A DNA stretch of 64,000 bases from Acidobacteriota bacterium (lineage in GTDB: Bacteria > Acidobacteriota > Thermoanaerobaculia > Multivoradales > SZUA-115): the NCBI GenBank assembly GCA_024277255.1, contig JAJRVQ010000117.1, forward strand, positions 31,171 to 95,170. Reading direction: 5' to 3'. The position numbers and the translations under genes were made by a program. Below the pieces are notes generated by a model. The model did not search any database. It was not told the DNA's origin and worked only from the letters and a program-made list of their open reading frames with translations. Of the stretch, positions 29,963-40,046 are shown one piece after another. The stretch's first letter is position 1. Every line of letters starts with the position of its first letter.

Positions 29963-30163
29963 ATGTCCGTAGCCAAGGTTTCAGAGATTTCCGCCACGTC
30001 TCCCACCAGCTTCGACGACGCCATCGCGTGCGGCATCGCCCGCGCCGGTAAGACGCTTCGCAACATCAAGGGCGCTTGGGTCAACGAGATGAAAGTCAAC
30101 TGCGAAGACGGCAAGGTCACCGAGTACTGCGTCAACATGAAGGTCACCTTCGTCATCGACTGA
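29963..30163 (+). CDS. dodecin-family flavin-binding protein (67 aa)
   Basis: MSVAKVSEISATSPTSFDDAIACGIARAGKTLRNIKGAWVNEMKVNCEDGKVTEYCVNMKVTFVID follows the dodecin pattern. AGGAGGA RBS. Confidence 0.7.
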   Translation: MSVAKVSEISATSPTSFDDAIACGIARAGKTLRNIKGAWVNEMKVNCEDGKVTEYCVNMKVTFVID

Positions 30164-30192
30164 GCAGAATCAGGAAGTACTTGAAGGTTTTC

Positions 30193-30218
30193 GGGCGCCG
30201 CGGTTTCTTGGCCGCGGC
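30193..30218. terminator. GC-rich hairpin between the convergent dodecin and HExxH-membrane genes (possible bidirectional terminator)
   Basis: Stem cgccgcgg/ccgcggcg with 8-nt loop. No clean U-tract. Confidence 0.3.
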
Positions 30219-30280
30219 GCGTCAGGTATCGCTGGCGGGCCGGCGGGGCCGCTAGATTCCACTCCTCCTCGGACTGGCCG

Positions 30281-31018
30281 TCATCTCTTGCGCCGTGTCG
30301 GGACGGGGGCGAGCGGCTTCTGGCCGAGGAGGCCGGCGGCGTAGTCAGCCAGCCAGTAGGTCAGGTAGGCCCAGGCGAGGCCGAGGCCGGAGGCCATGTA
30401 GAACCCCATCCAGGGTGCGGTGGCGTGGGCGCGCAGCTGTGCGTAGCGCAGCACCAGATCGTCGCCACGCAGGAGTGTGCGGATGGTGGCCGGCGACCAT
30501 GGAGCCAGCCGGGTGACAAGAATGGAGCCGATCTCATAGCCATCGCCGGTGAGCGATAGGAAGGGCGCCATGGCGAAGCTGAGTGCGGCGCCGAAGAGGA
30601 CGGCGTGGAAGGCGCCGGCGGCACGCGCACCGCGGGCAGCGCGGCGCAACAGCCAAACTCCAGGCAGAGTGAGCAGAAAAGGGCCGAGATCGGTAGCCAG
30701 GTAGACCAGATCGCTACCGCCGGTATCGAAACCGGATAGCCGCCCGGCGTAGTCGCCGCCGGCGGTGACCCAGGGAATCCAGCGGGCCAGGATGGAGCCG
30801 CCGTAGAGCGGTGAGATCTCCAATTCGCTGACCGTGCCACCGGCCAGCAGGCAGGCGAAAGCGTGGCCCAACTCGTGCAACGGCACGTAGATCCAGAAGC
30901 CGGCGAGCAGGCCGGCGAGGGTCCACACCAAGCCGGGACCGCCGCGCACCGCCAGCACCTGGTCGAGACCGCGAATCAGATCGGCGAAGGGGCGCAGGAT
31001 GAGGGTGAGCGGACGCAT
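30281..31018 (-). CDS. polytopic membrane protein with HExxH motif (putative zinc metallopeptidase, DUF3267-like)
   Basis: PLHELGHAFACLLAGG inside a TM region. 245 aa, ~5 TM helices. Confidence 0.45.
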   Translation of the reverse strand: MRPLTLILRPFADLIRGLDQVLAVRGGPGLVWTLAGLLAGFWIYVPLHELGHAFACLLAGGTVSELEISPLYGGSILARWIPWVTAGGDYAGRLSGFDTGGSDLVYLATDLGPFLLTLPGVWLLRRAARGARAAGAFHAVLFGAALSFAMAPFLSLTGDGYEIGSILVTRLAPWSPATIRTLLRGDDLVLRYAQLRAHATAPWMGFYMASGLGLAWAYLTYWLADYAAGLLGQKPLAPVPTRRKR

Positions 31019-31111
31019 GAGCGAGCGCAGCCTACCAAGAGGAGCGCGGAAAGATCGCGGCGCATTGGGAACCGTTGCGGGGGTCGGGCGTTATGCTTCT
31101 GCGGAGACCCG

Positions 31112-31870
31112 ATGATCGAGAGCTACACCACGACCGCTACTGCGATGGCCACCGCCGGGAGCGGTTCTTTGCCGGGTGCTACAGCCTCGGCCGAGGTCCG
31201 CGACGGGCTCGACCCCGACGCCGAACTGATGGCTCGCGTCGCCGCACACGGCGATCGCGACGCCTTTGCCATGCTGGTAGATCGCTACAAGAACCCATTG
31301 GTCGCCTATCTGGCGCGGTTGACCGGCTGCTCCGAGCGGGCTCAAGATCTGGCGCAGGAGTCGTTTCTGCGCCTCTATCGCGCCGCTGCCGGATACAAGG
31401 ATCGCGGATATTTCTGCGCCTACCTCTTCCGTATCGCCACCAACCTGGTGCGCTCCCAGGAGCGCAAGGCCAAGCGCTGGCGGCGGCTGAGCACCATCTT
31501 GTCCCCCTCCGCGTCGTCGATTCACTCGGCCGACGGTGCTTCCCAGGGCATGGAACCGCCCGATGCGGCCGCCCACACGCCCTGTTGGTGGAGCGGCGGG
31601 GCGAGCGACAGCGCCGAGGGGTTGTTGCTGCACAGGGAGCGGCAGCGGTTGCTGGCGCAAGCCATCGCCGCCTTGCCGTTGACCTACCGCTCGGTGCTGG
31701 TGCTTTCCGAGATTGAAGAGCTACCGCACCGCGAGATTGCGGCGCTGCTCGGCTGCCGGGAGGGGACGGTCAAGTCCCGCCTTCACCGGGCGCGCCAGCG
31801 GCTGCGCGACCATCTCGCACCCTACTGGCAAGACAGCGATGCCGGCGCGGTCGCAGGAGAGAGACGATGA
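31112..31870 (+). CDS. ECF sigma-70 factor
   Basis: Region 2 (DRDAFAMLVDRYKNPLVAYLARLTGCSERAQDLAQESFLRLY) and region 4 (LSEIEELPHREIAALLGCREGTVKSRLHRARQRLR). Start 31112 chosen to avoid overlap with the opposite-strand gene. Confidence 0.75.
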   Translation: MIESYTTTATAMATAGSGSLPGATASAEVRDGLDPDAELMARVAAHGDRDAFAMLVDRYKNPLVAYLARLTGCSERAQDLAQESFLRLYRAAAGYKDRGYFCAYLFRIATNLVRSQERKAKRWRRLSTILSPSASSIHSADGASQGMEPPDAAAHTPCWWSGGASDSAEGLLLHRERQRLLAQAIAALPLTYRSVLVLSEIEELPHREIAALLGCREGTVKSRLHRARQRLRDHLAPYWQDSDAGAVAGERR

Positions 31871-32424
31871 ACGAAATCAATGACGAGACCCTCCGCCGGG
31901 CGCTCAAGTCGCTGCCCCGCGTCGAGTCGGGAGCGGGTTTCGCCCGCCGGGTGATGAATCGGTTGCCCGAGCGGCCCGCGGCACCCCGCTCGCTGCCGCG
32001 GCTGTATCTGGGGCTGGCGGCGATCACGCTGGCCACGGCGGTGATCGTCGCACTGACGATACCGGGCCTCCTGCGCACCCATACACCCATGCCGCGGAGC
32101 GCTGAGGTTGCTGCCGGCCTTCAGGCTGGCGATCAGCCGCGGCCGGCACAGCTGTCTACAAGGGCTGGTGCCGGCAAGCTCGCTCAGCGGGTAGCCACTT
32201 CCGAGGATCCCCGCCTGCACCGGCTGCTGGCTGAGCGGGAGGCGATTCTGCTGGAACTCCAGCGCTTCCGCCGTGAGACTGAGGCTCCCCGGCCGATGCT
32301 CTACCTCGGTGGGGATGAATCGGTGGACTTGGTCGTCGATCTCGCTGCGGTCGCCCATCGACGCCCTGCGAGTTCCACCCATCCGTCGGTGCGCCGATCC
32401 GACGCGCGAAACAAGACTTTTTAG
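31867..32424 (+). CDS. putative single-pass anti-sigma factor
   Basis: ATGA overlap with the sigma gene. Cytoplasmic N-terminus then TM (LYLGLAAITLATAVIVALTIPGLL). Confidence 0.5.
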   Translation: MNEINDETLRRALKSLPRVESGAGFARRVMNRLPERPAAPRSLPRLYLGLAAITLATAVIVALTIPGLLRTHTPMPRSAEVAAGLQAGDQPRPAQLSTRAGAGKLAQRVATSEDPRLHRLLAEREAILLELQRFRRETEAPRPMLYLGGDESVDLVVDLAAVAHRRPASSTHPSVRRSDARNKTF

Positions 32425-32482
32425 AGACCCCCTTTTTTCAAGACTGGGACAGCCCATCACAGCAGATAGATAGGAGAACGAG

Positions 32483-33256
32483 ATGAAGAAACATGCCATC
32501 TGTTGGCTAGCCGTCGCCTTGGCCTTGTCCCTTGCCATTCCGGCATGGGCGGGAGACGGAGATGGCGACGAGAAGAATGAGCGATCACGTGCCTTCGTCA
32601 TGTCCAATGCCGAACCGGGTAGTGTTTTCTTCTCTTCGGACGGGCCCTTTGAGCTGCGCACCTTCCTCGGTCGGGGGTTTCTCGGTGTGAGCCTGACCGA
32701 TCTGACGCCTGAGTTGCGGGCTCATTTCGCCGAGTCCGAGGACGCCGGAGTGATGGTCAGCCGGGTGGTCGATGGCAGCCCGGCTGCTACAGCCGGTCTG
32801 CAGGTCGGCGACGTGATCACCGCCGTCGACGGCGAGCTGGTGAAGCGGTCGTGGGAGTTGACCCAGCAGGTTCGCCAGCACGAGCCGGAAGAGCAGGTGA
32901 GTTTGGAGATCTTCCGCGATGGCCGCCGCCAGCTGATCGAGGTGACGCTCGCCGAACGCGATCGCGCCATGGTCGACCTGGGCAAGCACCTGTCCTGGCG
33001 TCGCGAGGGTGAGGATGGGCCATGGATGATCGGCTTCGATGGAGATGCGCTGGAGAACTTGCCCGATGGCTTGATGGATCGAGCCAGGCTGGAAAAGCTA
33101 CGCGGTACGTTGGAGAAGATCGATTGGAAAACCGTGGCCGCCGAGGCGCGGGACTCCGGCCCGCGCAACGAAGAGCTTCAGCTGCGCCTCAAGAAGCTCG
33201 AAGAGCGGCTTGAGAAACTGTCCGCAGAGCTGACTCGCCTGCACGAAGACCAATAG
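32483..33256 (+). CDS. periplasmic PDZ-domain protein with C-terminal coiled coil
   Basis: Signal peptide. PDZ block GVSLTDLTPELRAHFA…GVMVSRVVDGSPAATAGLQVGDVITAVDG. Confidence 0.6.
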   Translation: MKKHAICWLAVALALSLAIPAWAGDGDGDEKNERSRAFVMSNAEPGSVFFSSDGPFELRTFLGRGFLGVSLTDLTPELRAHFAESEDAGVMVSRVVDGSPAATAGLQVGDVITAVDGELVKRSWELTQQVRQHEPEEQVSLEIFRDGRRQLIEVTLAERDRAMVDLGKHLSWRREGEDGPWMIGFDGDALENLPDGLMDRARLEKLRGTLEKIDWKTVAAEARDSGPRNEELQLRLKKLEERLEKLSAELTRLHEDQ

Positions 33257-33358
33257 CGATTCGTAGCTTTCCGCGGTCACGAGGGCGCCTCCGGGCGCCC
33301 TCGTTGGTTTGTGGAGGTGCGCGCTAGAATGGGCCTTCCGACAATCAAGGAGGGTTTC

Positions 33359-35125
33359 ATGATCTCGATTCGACTCCCCGCGTTGGGTTGCCGCCGAGCC
33401 TGGTTGGTGGCTGCGCTCGCCGCCGGAATGACCGCTTGCACCTCGACGGGTCCGGCGCCCCGACCGCTTTCCGATCAAGGGACGGGTGTAGATCCGGGTG
33501 CGGCCTCCAGTGTGGCCAAGAAGTATCAGCTTCCGCCGGCCCCGCGGGGCGCTCGCTCCACGCTGGTGTTGGCGATCAACGACGTCTACCGGATCGCGGG
33601 GTTGGAAAACGGCGCCGCGGGCGGTCTGGCCCGGGTGCGCACCCTGCGCCGCGAGCTGGAGACGGAGGCTCCCGAGCTGCTGGTGGTGCACGCGGGTGAC
33701 GCGATCTATCCCTCTTTCATGAGCCGGACCTACGACGGCGAGCAGATGATCGACGTACTCAACCTGCTGGACGGTCGGGATGACGACTCGCTGGACGAGC
33801 GGATGTTTCTCACCTTCGGCAACCATGAGTTCGACAAGTCGGATCTCGAGGATGCGGCGATCGTCGATCAGCGGGTTGAGCAGTCGCGCTTTCGCTGGCT
33901 GGCCGCCAACCTCGAATTCAAGGCGGGAGCGGACGGTGAACCGCTGGTCGCCGCGCCTCACCTGGTGCCCTGGTCGGTGGTGGAGAGCGGTGGTATCCAG
34001 GTGGGTATCTTCGGTCTGCTCGGACCCGGGCTGGTGGATGCGGAGTATGTGGAGATCGGGGACTATGCGGCGGCTGCCCGGCGAGCCACCGCGGCTTTGC
34101 GCCGGCAGGGTGCCGAGGTGGTGATCGGGCTGACCCATCATTTCGTCGAGGAGGACTGTGCCCTGCTCACCGCCCTCGGCGACGAAGGACCGGACTTGAT
34201 CCTCGGCGGTCACGAGCATGCAGAGCAGCGCTGGCGGGCCGGGGAGCGCTGGTTGCTCAAGGCCGATGCCGACGCCCGTTCGGCCACAGTGGTTCGCATC
34301 TCCATTGATCAGGCGGACCGTCTCTCCATCGAGCCGGCACCCCGCATCGAGCTTGCCGGCGACTCGCCTGCCGGCGATCCGCAGGTGGAGCAGCGAGTGC
34401 GCCGGTGGCAGAGAGACCATGACGAGAGCTACTGTGCCTCACACAACCAGGCGCCGGGGTGTCTGAGCGATTCGGTGGGAGCCACCCGCACCGTGCTGGT
34501 CGCGGAGGAAACGCAGATCCGGGCCTACGAGACCTCGCTCGGCAACTGGCTCACCGATCTGATGCTCGCCGCATTCCGCGACCAGGGGGCACAGGTCGCC
34601 TTCATCAATTCGGGAGCCCTTCGGCTCAACCAGGATGTGGTGCCGGGGCCGATCAGCCTGGCGGACATGGAGGGCATCTTCCAGTACCCATCGCCGCTGC
34701 GGTTACTGCGCATCGATGGCGCCACCCTGCAGAAGGTCGCCGATCGTGCCGTCGAGCAATGGCCCGGCTCCGGCCACTGGTTGCAGATCGCCGGCTTCAC
34801 CTTTCTCCATGATCCGCAAGCGGCGAGCGCCACCGAACTGGCCCTGCTGACGCCCGATGGCCCCCGACCGGTCGAGGCGGACGAACAGATCCTCGCCGTC
34901 ACCGTCGACTATCTGGTCAACCCGAAGCGCGACCAGGACGGCTACACCATGCTTTCGGAGGAACAAGTGGTGGCGCAAACCGGTGACCTCAAGCGGATCG
35001 CCTTGGCGGCGTTGGCAGCCGTGGGCGAGCGCGGAATCGCGCCCGAGGTGGAGGGCAGAATTCGCTCGGTCGCCGCGACCGACCTCGCTTCCGGCGAAGT
35101 TCGTTCCTGCGCCGGAGTAGAATAG
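33359..35125 (+). CDS. bifunctional metallophosphatase / 5'-nucleotidase lipoprotein
   Basis: Lipobox LAAGMTAC. Calcineurin-like motifs (LAINDVYR, FGNHEFD, GGHEH). C-terminal 5'-nucleotidase substrate-binding domain. AAGGAGGG RBS. Confidence 0.75.
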   Translation: MISIRLPALGCRRAWLVAALAAGMTACTSTGPAPRPLSDQGTGVDPGAASSVAKKYQLPPAPRGARSTLVLAINDVYRIAGLENGAAGGLARVRTLRRELETEAPELLVVHAGDAIYPSFMSRTYDGEQMIDVLNLLDGRDDDSLDERMFLTFGNHEFDKSDLEDAAIVDQRVEQSRFRWLAANLEFKAGADGEPLVAAPHLVPWSVVESGGIQVGIFGLLGPGLVDAEYVEIGDYAAAARRATAALRRQGAEVVIGLTHHFVEEDCALLTALGDEGPDLILGGHEHAEQRWRAGERWLLKADADARSATVVRISIDQADRLSIEPAPRIELAGDSPAGDPQVEQRVRRWQRDHDESYCASHNQAPGCLSDSVGATRTVLVAEETQIRAYETSLGNWLTDLMLAAFRDQGAQVAFINSGALRLNQDVVPGPISLADMEGIFQYPSPLRLLRIDGATLQKVADRAVEQWPGSGHWLQIAGFTFLHDPQAASATELALLTPDGPRPVEADEQILAVTVDYLVNPKRDQDGYTMLSEEQVVAQTGDLKRIALAALAAVGERGIAPEVEGRIRSVAATDLASGEVRSCAGVE

Positions 35126-35148
35126 AGGTTCCGCGAAAGGAGGCTGCG

Positions 35149-35724
35149 ATGCGTCGTACCCTGATCGAGATTGTGTTCTGTCTTCTGCTCGCCGCTGTGG
35201 CTTGGGGCTTTTGGTGGTGGGGTGGAAGGCAGTCCGAGCAGGCGCTCGCCGAACAGCGCGAGAGTTTCCAGGCTGAGATCAGCGATCTGCGGGTGAAGAG
35301 CGATTTCTGGGCTTCCGAGCTGGTGGCGGGCGAGGCGGAGGCGGCGTTTCGCGCCTTCATCGCGGGGGTCAGCCCGGCGGTGCTCGGTGGCCGCAACGAC
35401 AGCGCCGACTTGGGGCTCATCTCCCTGTTGGATCTGCCCGGGGTCGATTTCGCCCACCTGTTGCGGCCCAACGGCGAAGTGGTATCGAGCAGCGACCGCA
35501 AGCTGACTTCCGCCGGCAATGCCGGGGAGCGCGCCGCCTGGGCGCTGGCGGCGAGCGAAATTATCTCGCGTCAAGGCGACACCCGCGGTGTCACCGAACT
35601 GGCGGCCCCCATCCCCGGGCCGGACGGACCGGTCGCTTTCCTCTGGATGGGCTACCGCACCGGCGAGATCAAGGAGAATTCCCGGCCGGCGACGCTCACC
35701 AAGCCAGTGGAGGACTCTCAGTAG
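35149..35724 (+). CDS. hypothetical membrane-anchored protein
   Basis: ORF with N-terminal TM helix, 23 nt downstream of the nucleotidase gene. Confidence 0.35.
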   Translation: MRRTLIEIVFCLLLAAVAWGFWWWGGRQSEQALAEQRESFQAEISDLRVKSDFWASELVAGEAEAAFRAFIAGVSPAVLGGRNDSADLGLISLLDLPGVDFAHLLRPNGEVVSSSDRKLTSAGNAGERAAWALAASEIISRQGDTRGVTELAAPIPGPDGPVAFLWMGYRTGEIKENSRPATLTKPVEDSQ

Positions 35725-35798
35725 GCGAGGTTTTTGCGGGCGGCGGCATTGACCCGCTGCTCGAAGTCACAGGTGACGAAATCGGTGAGAAGGAACGG

Positions 35799-37694
35799 CT
35801 ATCCGCCGGAGGCGCGCAACCGCTCTTCGAGTTCACGGCAGCGGGGGTGGTCGGGGGCCATCCGTTTGAGCACCGACAACGCCAAGGTTGCTCGTTCGCT
35901 CTGGCCAGAGTCCAGTAGCTCTTCGACCTGCTGGACACCCTGTTCGATCGCGGTGGAGTGGCGCCGCCGTTGCTCCCGCTCACTGATCTCGGCGAGCATC
36001 TCCGCGGGCCGTTCACTAGTGGGTACCGACCGCCCCAGCTCGAATGCCACTTCGCGCGCCGCAGCCCAGTCGCCGGCGGCGAGGTGGCGGTGGTAAATCT
36101 CCTCGAAGCGGGTGACGACATCCACCGTTTGACGCTTCGCACGCGCCTCGGCGAGGCGTCCGCGAAAGAGATCCAGCGTCACCTTGCTCACCTTGAGATC
36201 GGCGATCTCCCGCAGTCGTGCCTCGGCCTCGCTGATGAAGCCGCGTGCGAGCAGCGACTCGAAGCGATCGGTCAGCTCGTCGAGATGCGCTGTGTCGTTC
36301 AGCTCCCGCTCCGCGTGGGCCAGCTCGCGGGCAAAGGCGAGGGAGATCTGGCCTGTCGGGTCGCTACGCTCGATGGCGTTGAGCTTGCGTTGTGCCGCCG
36401 CCAGGTCTCTGCGCGCCAGCGCCTCGCGGCCGGCGTCCAGCACTTCGCGCACCCGGTTTTCTTTGGTCAGTTCATCGGCCAGAGCCTTGACGCGGCGTTT
36501 GTAGTCGCGCCGTAGCGGGTGGTGGGGCACCAGATCGAGCAGATTCTCCAAGGCGAGTCGTGCCAAGGGTAGATGCCGGTGGTCGAGATGTTGATCCAAC
36601 AGTTGCTCGGCGGCTAGTGCGTGGTCGTCGAGAGTGGCTTGGGCCGGTGCGGAGCTGTCGGTACCCGAGGGTGCCGTGCCGGCTGGCCGGGGGCCGGCCG
36701 AGTGTATGGGGCTCGACTCGGTGGTCTCCGGCATCGGAAAGGCAGCGGTCGACGCCGCCACCGCGGGTTGTGCCGGGGAATTTGCGTGGATCTCGGGCAA
36801 ATGGGCGACGCCGGTCGCTGCGGTCAATTCGTCGCGGGCTCTCTCCAGTGCTTGGATGAAGGTGACCGCGGAGGGGAAGCGCGCGTCGCGGTTGCGGGCC
36901 AAACCGCGCAGCACGGCGCGGTTCAGACTCTCCGGCACGTCGATACCGGGCACCCGACCGCTCAGCGGCAACGGATCCTCGTTGAGCCGCATGAAGAGGG
37001 CACCGTGCGGCGACTTGGACTCGAAAGGTGGCTTGCCGCAGATCGACTCGTAGAGCACGATGGCAAAGGAGTAGAGATCGGTGCGGCGGTCGAGTTCGAC
37101 CCCCTCCTCGAGGCCGGCCTGTTCCGGCGAGCAGTAGTGCAGCTTGCCCATGAACATGCCGCGCTCGGTGATGCTCTCCTCCGGGCTGTGAGCGAGGCTC
37201 TTGGCCAACCCCAAGTCGATGATCTTGATGCGCGGCTTGTCGCGCGCATCGAGGGTGAGCAGCAGATTGTCCGGGCTGATGTCGCGATGGATCACACCGG
37301 CGGTGTGGATCGCCTCCAGACCACGCAAGGTCTGGATCCCCAGCTCCACCGCCAACTCGGTGGGCAGCGGTCCATCGCGCTCGACGCGCTGGCCGAGCTC
37401 TTCGCCCTCGACGTATTCCCAGACCATGTAGAAGCGGCTGTCGGGCAACTGCGCGTAGTCGTGGAGGATGGCGACATTGGGGTGCTTGATCTGCGTCGCC
37501 ATGCGCGCCGTACGCAAGAACCGCTGCGCGGCGGCGGGATCCGCCGCCTTCTCCGGGCGCAGGATCTTGACCACCCGCCGCTCTTGCAAGTGCAGATGGC
37601 GCACCAAAACCACCTCGCCAAAACCACCGCTATTCAGCGCTCGCAACACCTCGTACTTGCCGTCGAGAAGGGTGCCGGTGGGGTAGGTGGTCAT
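35799..37694 (-). CDS. Ser/Thr protein kinase with C-terminal TPR-like repeat domain
   Basis: Kinase subdomains (GGFGEVVL…VVKIL, HRDISPDNLLL, DLGLA). Start at MTTYPTG (37694) with AGGA upstream; the ORF track starts 66 codons earlier. Confidence 0.75.
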   Translation of the reverse strand: MTTYPTGTLLDGKYEVLRALNSGGFGEVVLVRHLHLQERRVVKILRPEKAADPAAAQRFLRTARMATQIKHPNVAILHDYAQLPDSRFYMVWEYVEGEELGQRVERDGPLPTELAVELGIQTLRGLEAIHTAGVIHRDISPDNLLLTLDARDKPRIKIIDLGLAKSLAHSPEESITERGMFMGKLHYCSPEQAGLEEGVELDRRTDLYSFAIVLYESICGKPPFESKSPHGALFMRLNEDPLPLSGRVPGIDVPESLNRAVLRGLARNRDARFPSAVTFIQALERARDELTAATGVAHLPEIHANSPAQPAVAASTAAFPMPETTESSPIHSAGPRPAGTAPSGTDSSAPAQATLDDHALAAEQLLDQHLDHRHLPLARLALENLLDLVPHHPLRRDYKRRVKALADELTKENRVREVLDAGREALARRDLAAAQRKLNAIERSDPTGQISLAFARELAHAERELNDTAHLDELTDRFESLLARGFISEAEARLREIADLKVSKVTLDLFRGRLAEARAKRQTVDVVTRFEEIYHRHLAAGDWAAAREVAFELGRSVPTSERPAEMLAEISEREQRRRHSTAIEQGVQQVEELLDSGQSERATLALSVLKRMAPDHPRCRELEERLRASGG

Positions 37695-37961
37695 CGAGCC
37701 ATCCTGTGCGCTAGAAGGAAGTTGGGGAAGAGGGCCGCGAGAGCTGATTCTAGTGTGACTCGAACCGGTTGTGTCGCCCAGTTTCGCGGTAGTGCTGGTG
37801 GAGTTGAAGTCGCTGATCTGCAATGGACAGGCACGGAAGCGAGCTGGCGGCACGACGGAATTTCGCGTTGAGGATCGTGCTTGCGATTGCACTGTCTTTA
37901 ATGCTCGTGTATGGTTGTGCGAGAAACAGGTCTGCGCTCGGGAGAAGAAAGGTTGTTCAAG

Positions 37962-40046
37962 ATGGCTGAAAGACTCGTGAGAGTTCCAGATTTCCCGACG
38001 ATTGCCTTGGTTGGGATCCCCCTCGTTATTTGTTTGATTCTGGTTTCGACTACGCCGGTTCAGCTCCTAGCGCAACCGACGACCTCGGAAGAGAGTCGCC
38101 TGGCTGCGGCGGAAGGGATGGCCCTTGCCCGGTCAATACGGTGGAGCAGGGCCAATGGCCAGCGTTTTGTCGCCGCGCTTCCTCTCTTGAGAGACGGAAT
38201 GAAAGTTCGACTGCTGCTCAACAGCCGTTTCGTGGAGGCGGTGCCACTTGAGGTTCGGATGACCTCCTTGTCGGGCGAGGTACTCGTCGTCGCCAATGAA
38301 TATCTAGAACCACGAAGTACGCTGGAGGTTGATCTACTCGCGGCCTTGAGTCGAGTGGGGCATCGATTCCAGCCGTCCAGTGTGCAGGTTAGTTTCTTTG
38401 GCGACAAGGAGATGATCCAAGCCTGGTTACTGACATCGGGGTGGAGTGGCTTGCTGGAAACACCTCTCGCCAGTCAATCCGATGAGTCAAGCTGGCAGTG
38501 GATCTCCTTCTGGGATACTCGGCTCTATGGAGAAGTTGAACCAGCGAAACCAAGGCTCTCCTTCGTCAATATCGAAGCGACGCCGGTGAAGCTGACTTTC
38601 GATCTGAGTATCCCCGGTCAGGAGGGTGAGCGCTCGCAGATTGAGATTCCTGCTTTGGGCACCTATCTTTGGCAGCCCGCGGGCGATAGCTCGCCAAGCC
38701 GGGGCTCGGTGCAGATAGAGCACGACGGCGCGCCGGGGCAAGTCATGGCCACGGGCTACCTGCAAGGTCCTCGTTTCTTGGCATCCCTTCCGCTGGTGAG
38801 CAGCTCTTCAGTCATGGAGTTCAATCGCTATGACTCGCCGACCCTACCGTTGGGTGCTAGGAGTGAGAATCGGCCCATTCTCAGCCTCTTCAATCCGAGC
38901 CAAGATTCTGGACCGCCGGTTCTTGTACGCATCGCTTTGGTGGATCTACTCTCAGGTAATGCGCTGGCCAGCACTGAGTTATCCATGGTGCCTTCCGAGG
39001 TCACCTCCCTAGATCTGCGATCGCTCTGGCCGCGAGTTTTAGCGGGGAATGGGCAGCGGGGGCTGCGCGTACAGATAACTACGGACGGCGCTCCTGTCAT
39101 GGTGCATGGGATCTCATTGGCCTCATCATCGTCAGCCGTGACCGATATCGAGCTGATCCAACGCCAGAAGGTTCATCAGAGCGGCACCTATCCGATTCCC
39201 AATCTGGAAGAAAATCAAGTCGTGACCACCCTGCTCAACCTGGGCGATACCACCGCCGAGCTATTCGGTCACTTGTCCTGGGAACTGGGGGAGTACGCAC
39301 TGCCGGCGATCAAGATCGCACCCGGAGCGGCCTATCGTATCGACTTTCAGAAGTTAGTCCACCGAGCCGAAGCCGATCTGCGGGGCCGCCTGTTCCAGCC
39401 GGAAGACTCGACGACCTATTTCCAGTGGCTATCGAGGCGCGGCAGCTCGGAATTGATCGCCCGTACAGAGATCCGGCCGCTTGACTCCTCGGACCTCTAC
39501 GGCTTCAACTGTTTCGGCTGCTGTGAGGAATGGCCTGTCGGTGGTATCGAGCCTGGATTCGCCACTTTCGGCACGGGCGGCCAGGCCGATTTTGTACCGG
39601 TGGAGTTCATCGACACTTGTGCAGGCACGATGGGCCCGTTTACGGCCTTCCCGACCTCGTCAAGCTACGCCTCGCCGCTCGGATGGAACTACAACAAAGT
39701 TTGGTCCAACAGTGAAACCAACCAGACGGTATCCTTTACCGGTGACGGCCAGTACATGTGGATCGACTGCACGGAACGCAGTCGCACTTTCGTTGGTGAC
39801 GGCCCGGTGGTCGCCGACAACAAGTGTGCCTTGACCCATCACCCCGGATTCGATCTGTCGCTGGGTTGTTGCGGGACTCACGGATCCAATGTGCAGGCTT
39901 GTAATGACTGCTGCGCTAAGGAGCTGAAGGTTGCGAAGTGTCGCTGCGACAAGATAGTGAATCCAATAAAGCGTAAAGCGTGCAATATCTTCGCAGACAA
40001 GGCGAATTCAAAATGTACCGGCCCCTGCAATGTTGGGTGCCCATGA
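37962..40046 (+). CDS. large secreted hypothetical protein with 10-Cys C-terminal module; low-GC
   Basis: Signal peptide MAERLVRVPDFPTIALVGIPLVICLILVSTTPVQLLAQ. The C-terminal ~95 aa reads C…CALTHHPGFDLSLGCCGTHGSNVQACNDCCAKELKVAKCRCDKIVNPIKRKACNIFADKANSKCTGPCNVGCP. GC ~50-55% versus ~68% background. Confidence 0.55.
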   Translation: MAERLVRVPDFPTIALVGIPLVICLILVSTTPVQLLAQPTTSEESRLAAAEGMALARSIRWSRANGQRFVAALPLLRDGMKVRLLLNSRFVEAVPLEVRMTSLSGEVLVVANEYLEPRSTLEVDLLAALSRVGHRFQPSSVQVSFFGDKEMIQAWLLTSGWSGLLETPLASQSDESSWQWISFWDTRLYGEVEPAKPRLSFVNIEATPVKLTFDLSIPGQEGERSQIEIPALGTYLWQPAGDSSPSRGSVQIEHDGAPGQVMATGYLQGPRFLASLPLVSSSSVMEFNRYDSPTLPLGARSENRPILSLFNPSQDSGPPVLVRIALVDLLSGNALASTELSMVPSEVTSLDLRSLWPRVLAGNGQRGLRVQITTDGAPVMVHGISLASSSSAVTDIELIQRQKVHQSGTYPIPNLEENQVVTTLLNLGDTTAELFGHLSWELGEYALPAIKIAPGAAYRIDFQKLVHRAEADLRGRLFQPEDSTTYFQWLSRRGSSELIARTEIRPLDSSDLYGFNCFGCCEEWPVGGIEPGFATFGTGGQADFVPVEFIDTCAGTMGPFTAFPTSSSYASPLGWNYNKVWSNSETNQTVSFTGDGQYMWIDCTERSRTFVGDGPVVADNKCALTHHPGFDLSLGCCGTHGSNVQACNDCCAKELKVAKCRCDKIVNPIKRKACNIFADKANSKCTGPCNVGCP

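Noticed and set aside
30863-31870. Longer 335-aa form of the ECF sigma
   Set aside because: The extra 83 N-terminal codons overlap the opposite-strand HExxH membrane protein gene and lack sigma homology. An ATG at 31112 precedes the conserved region.
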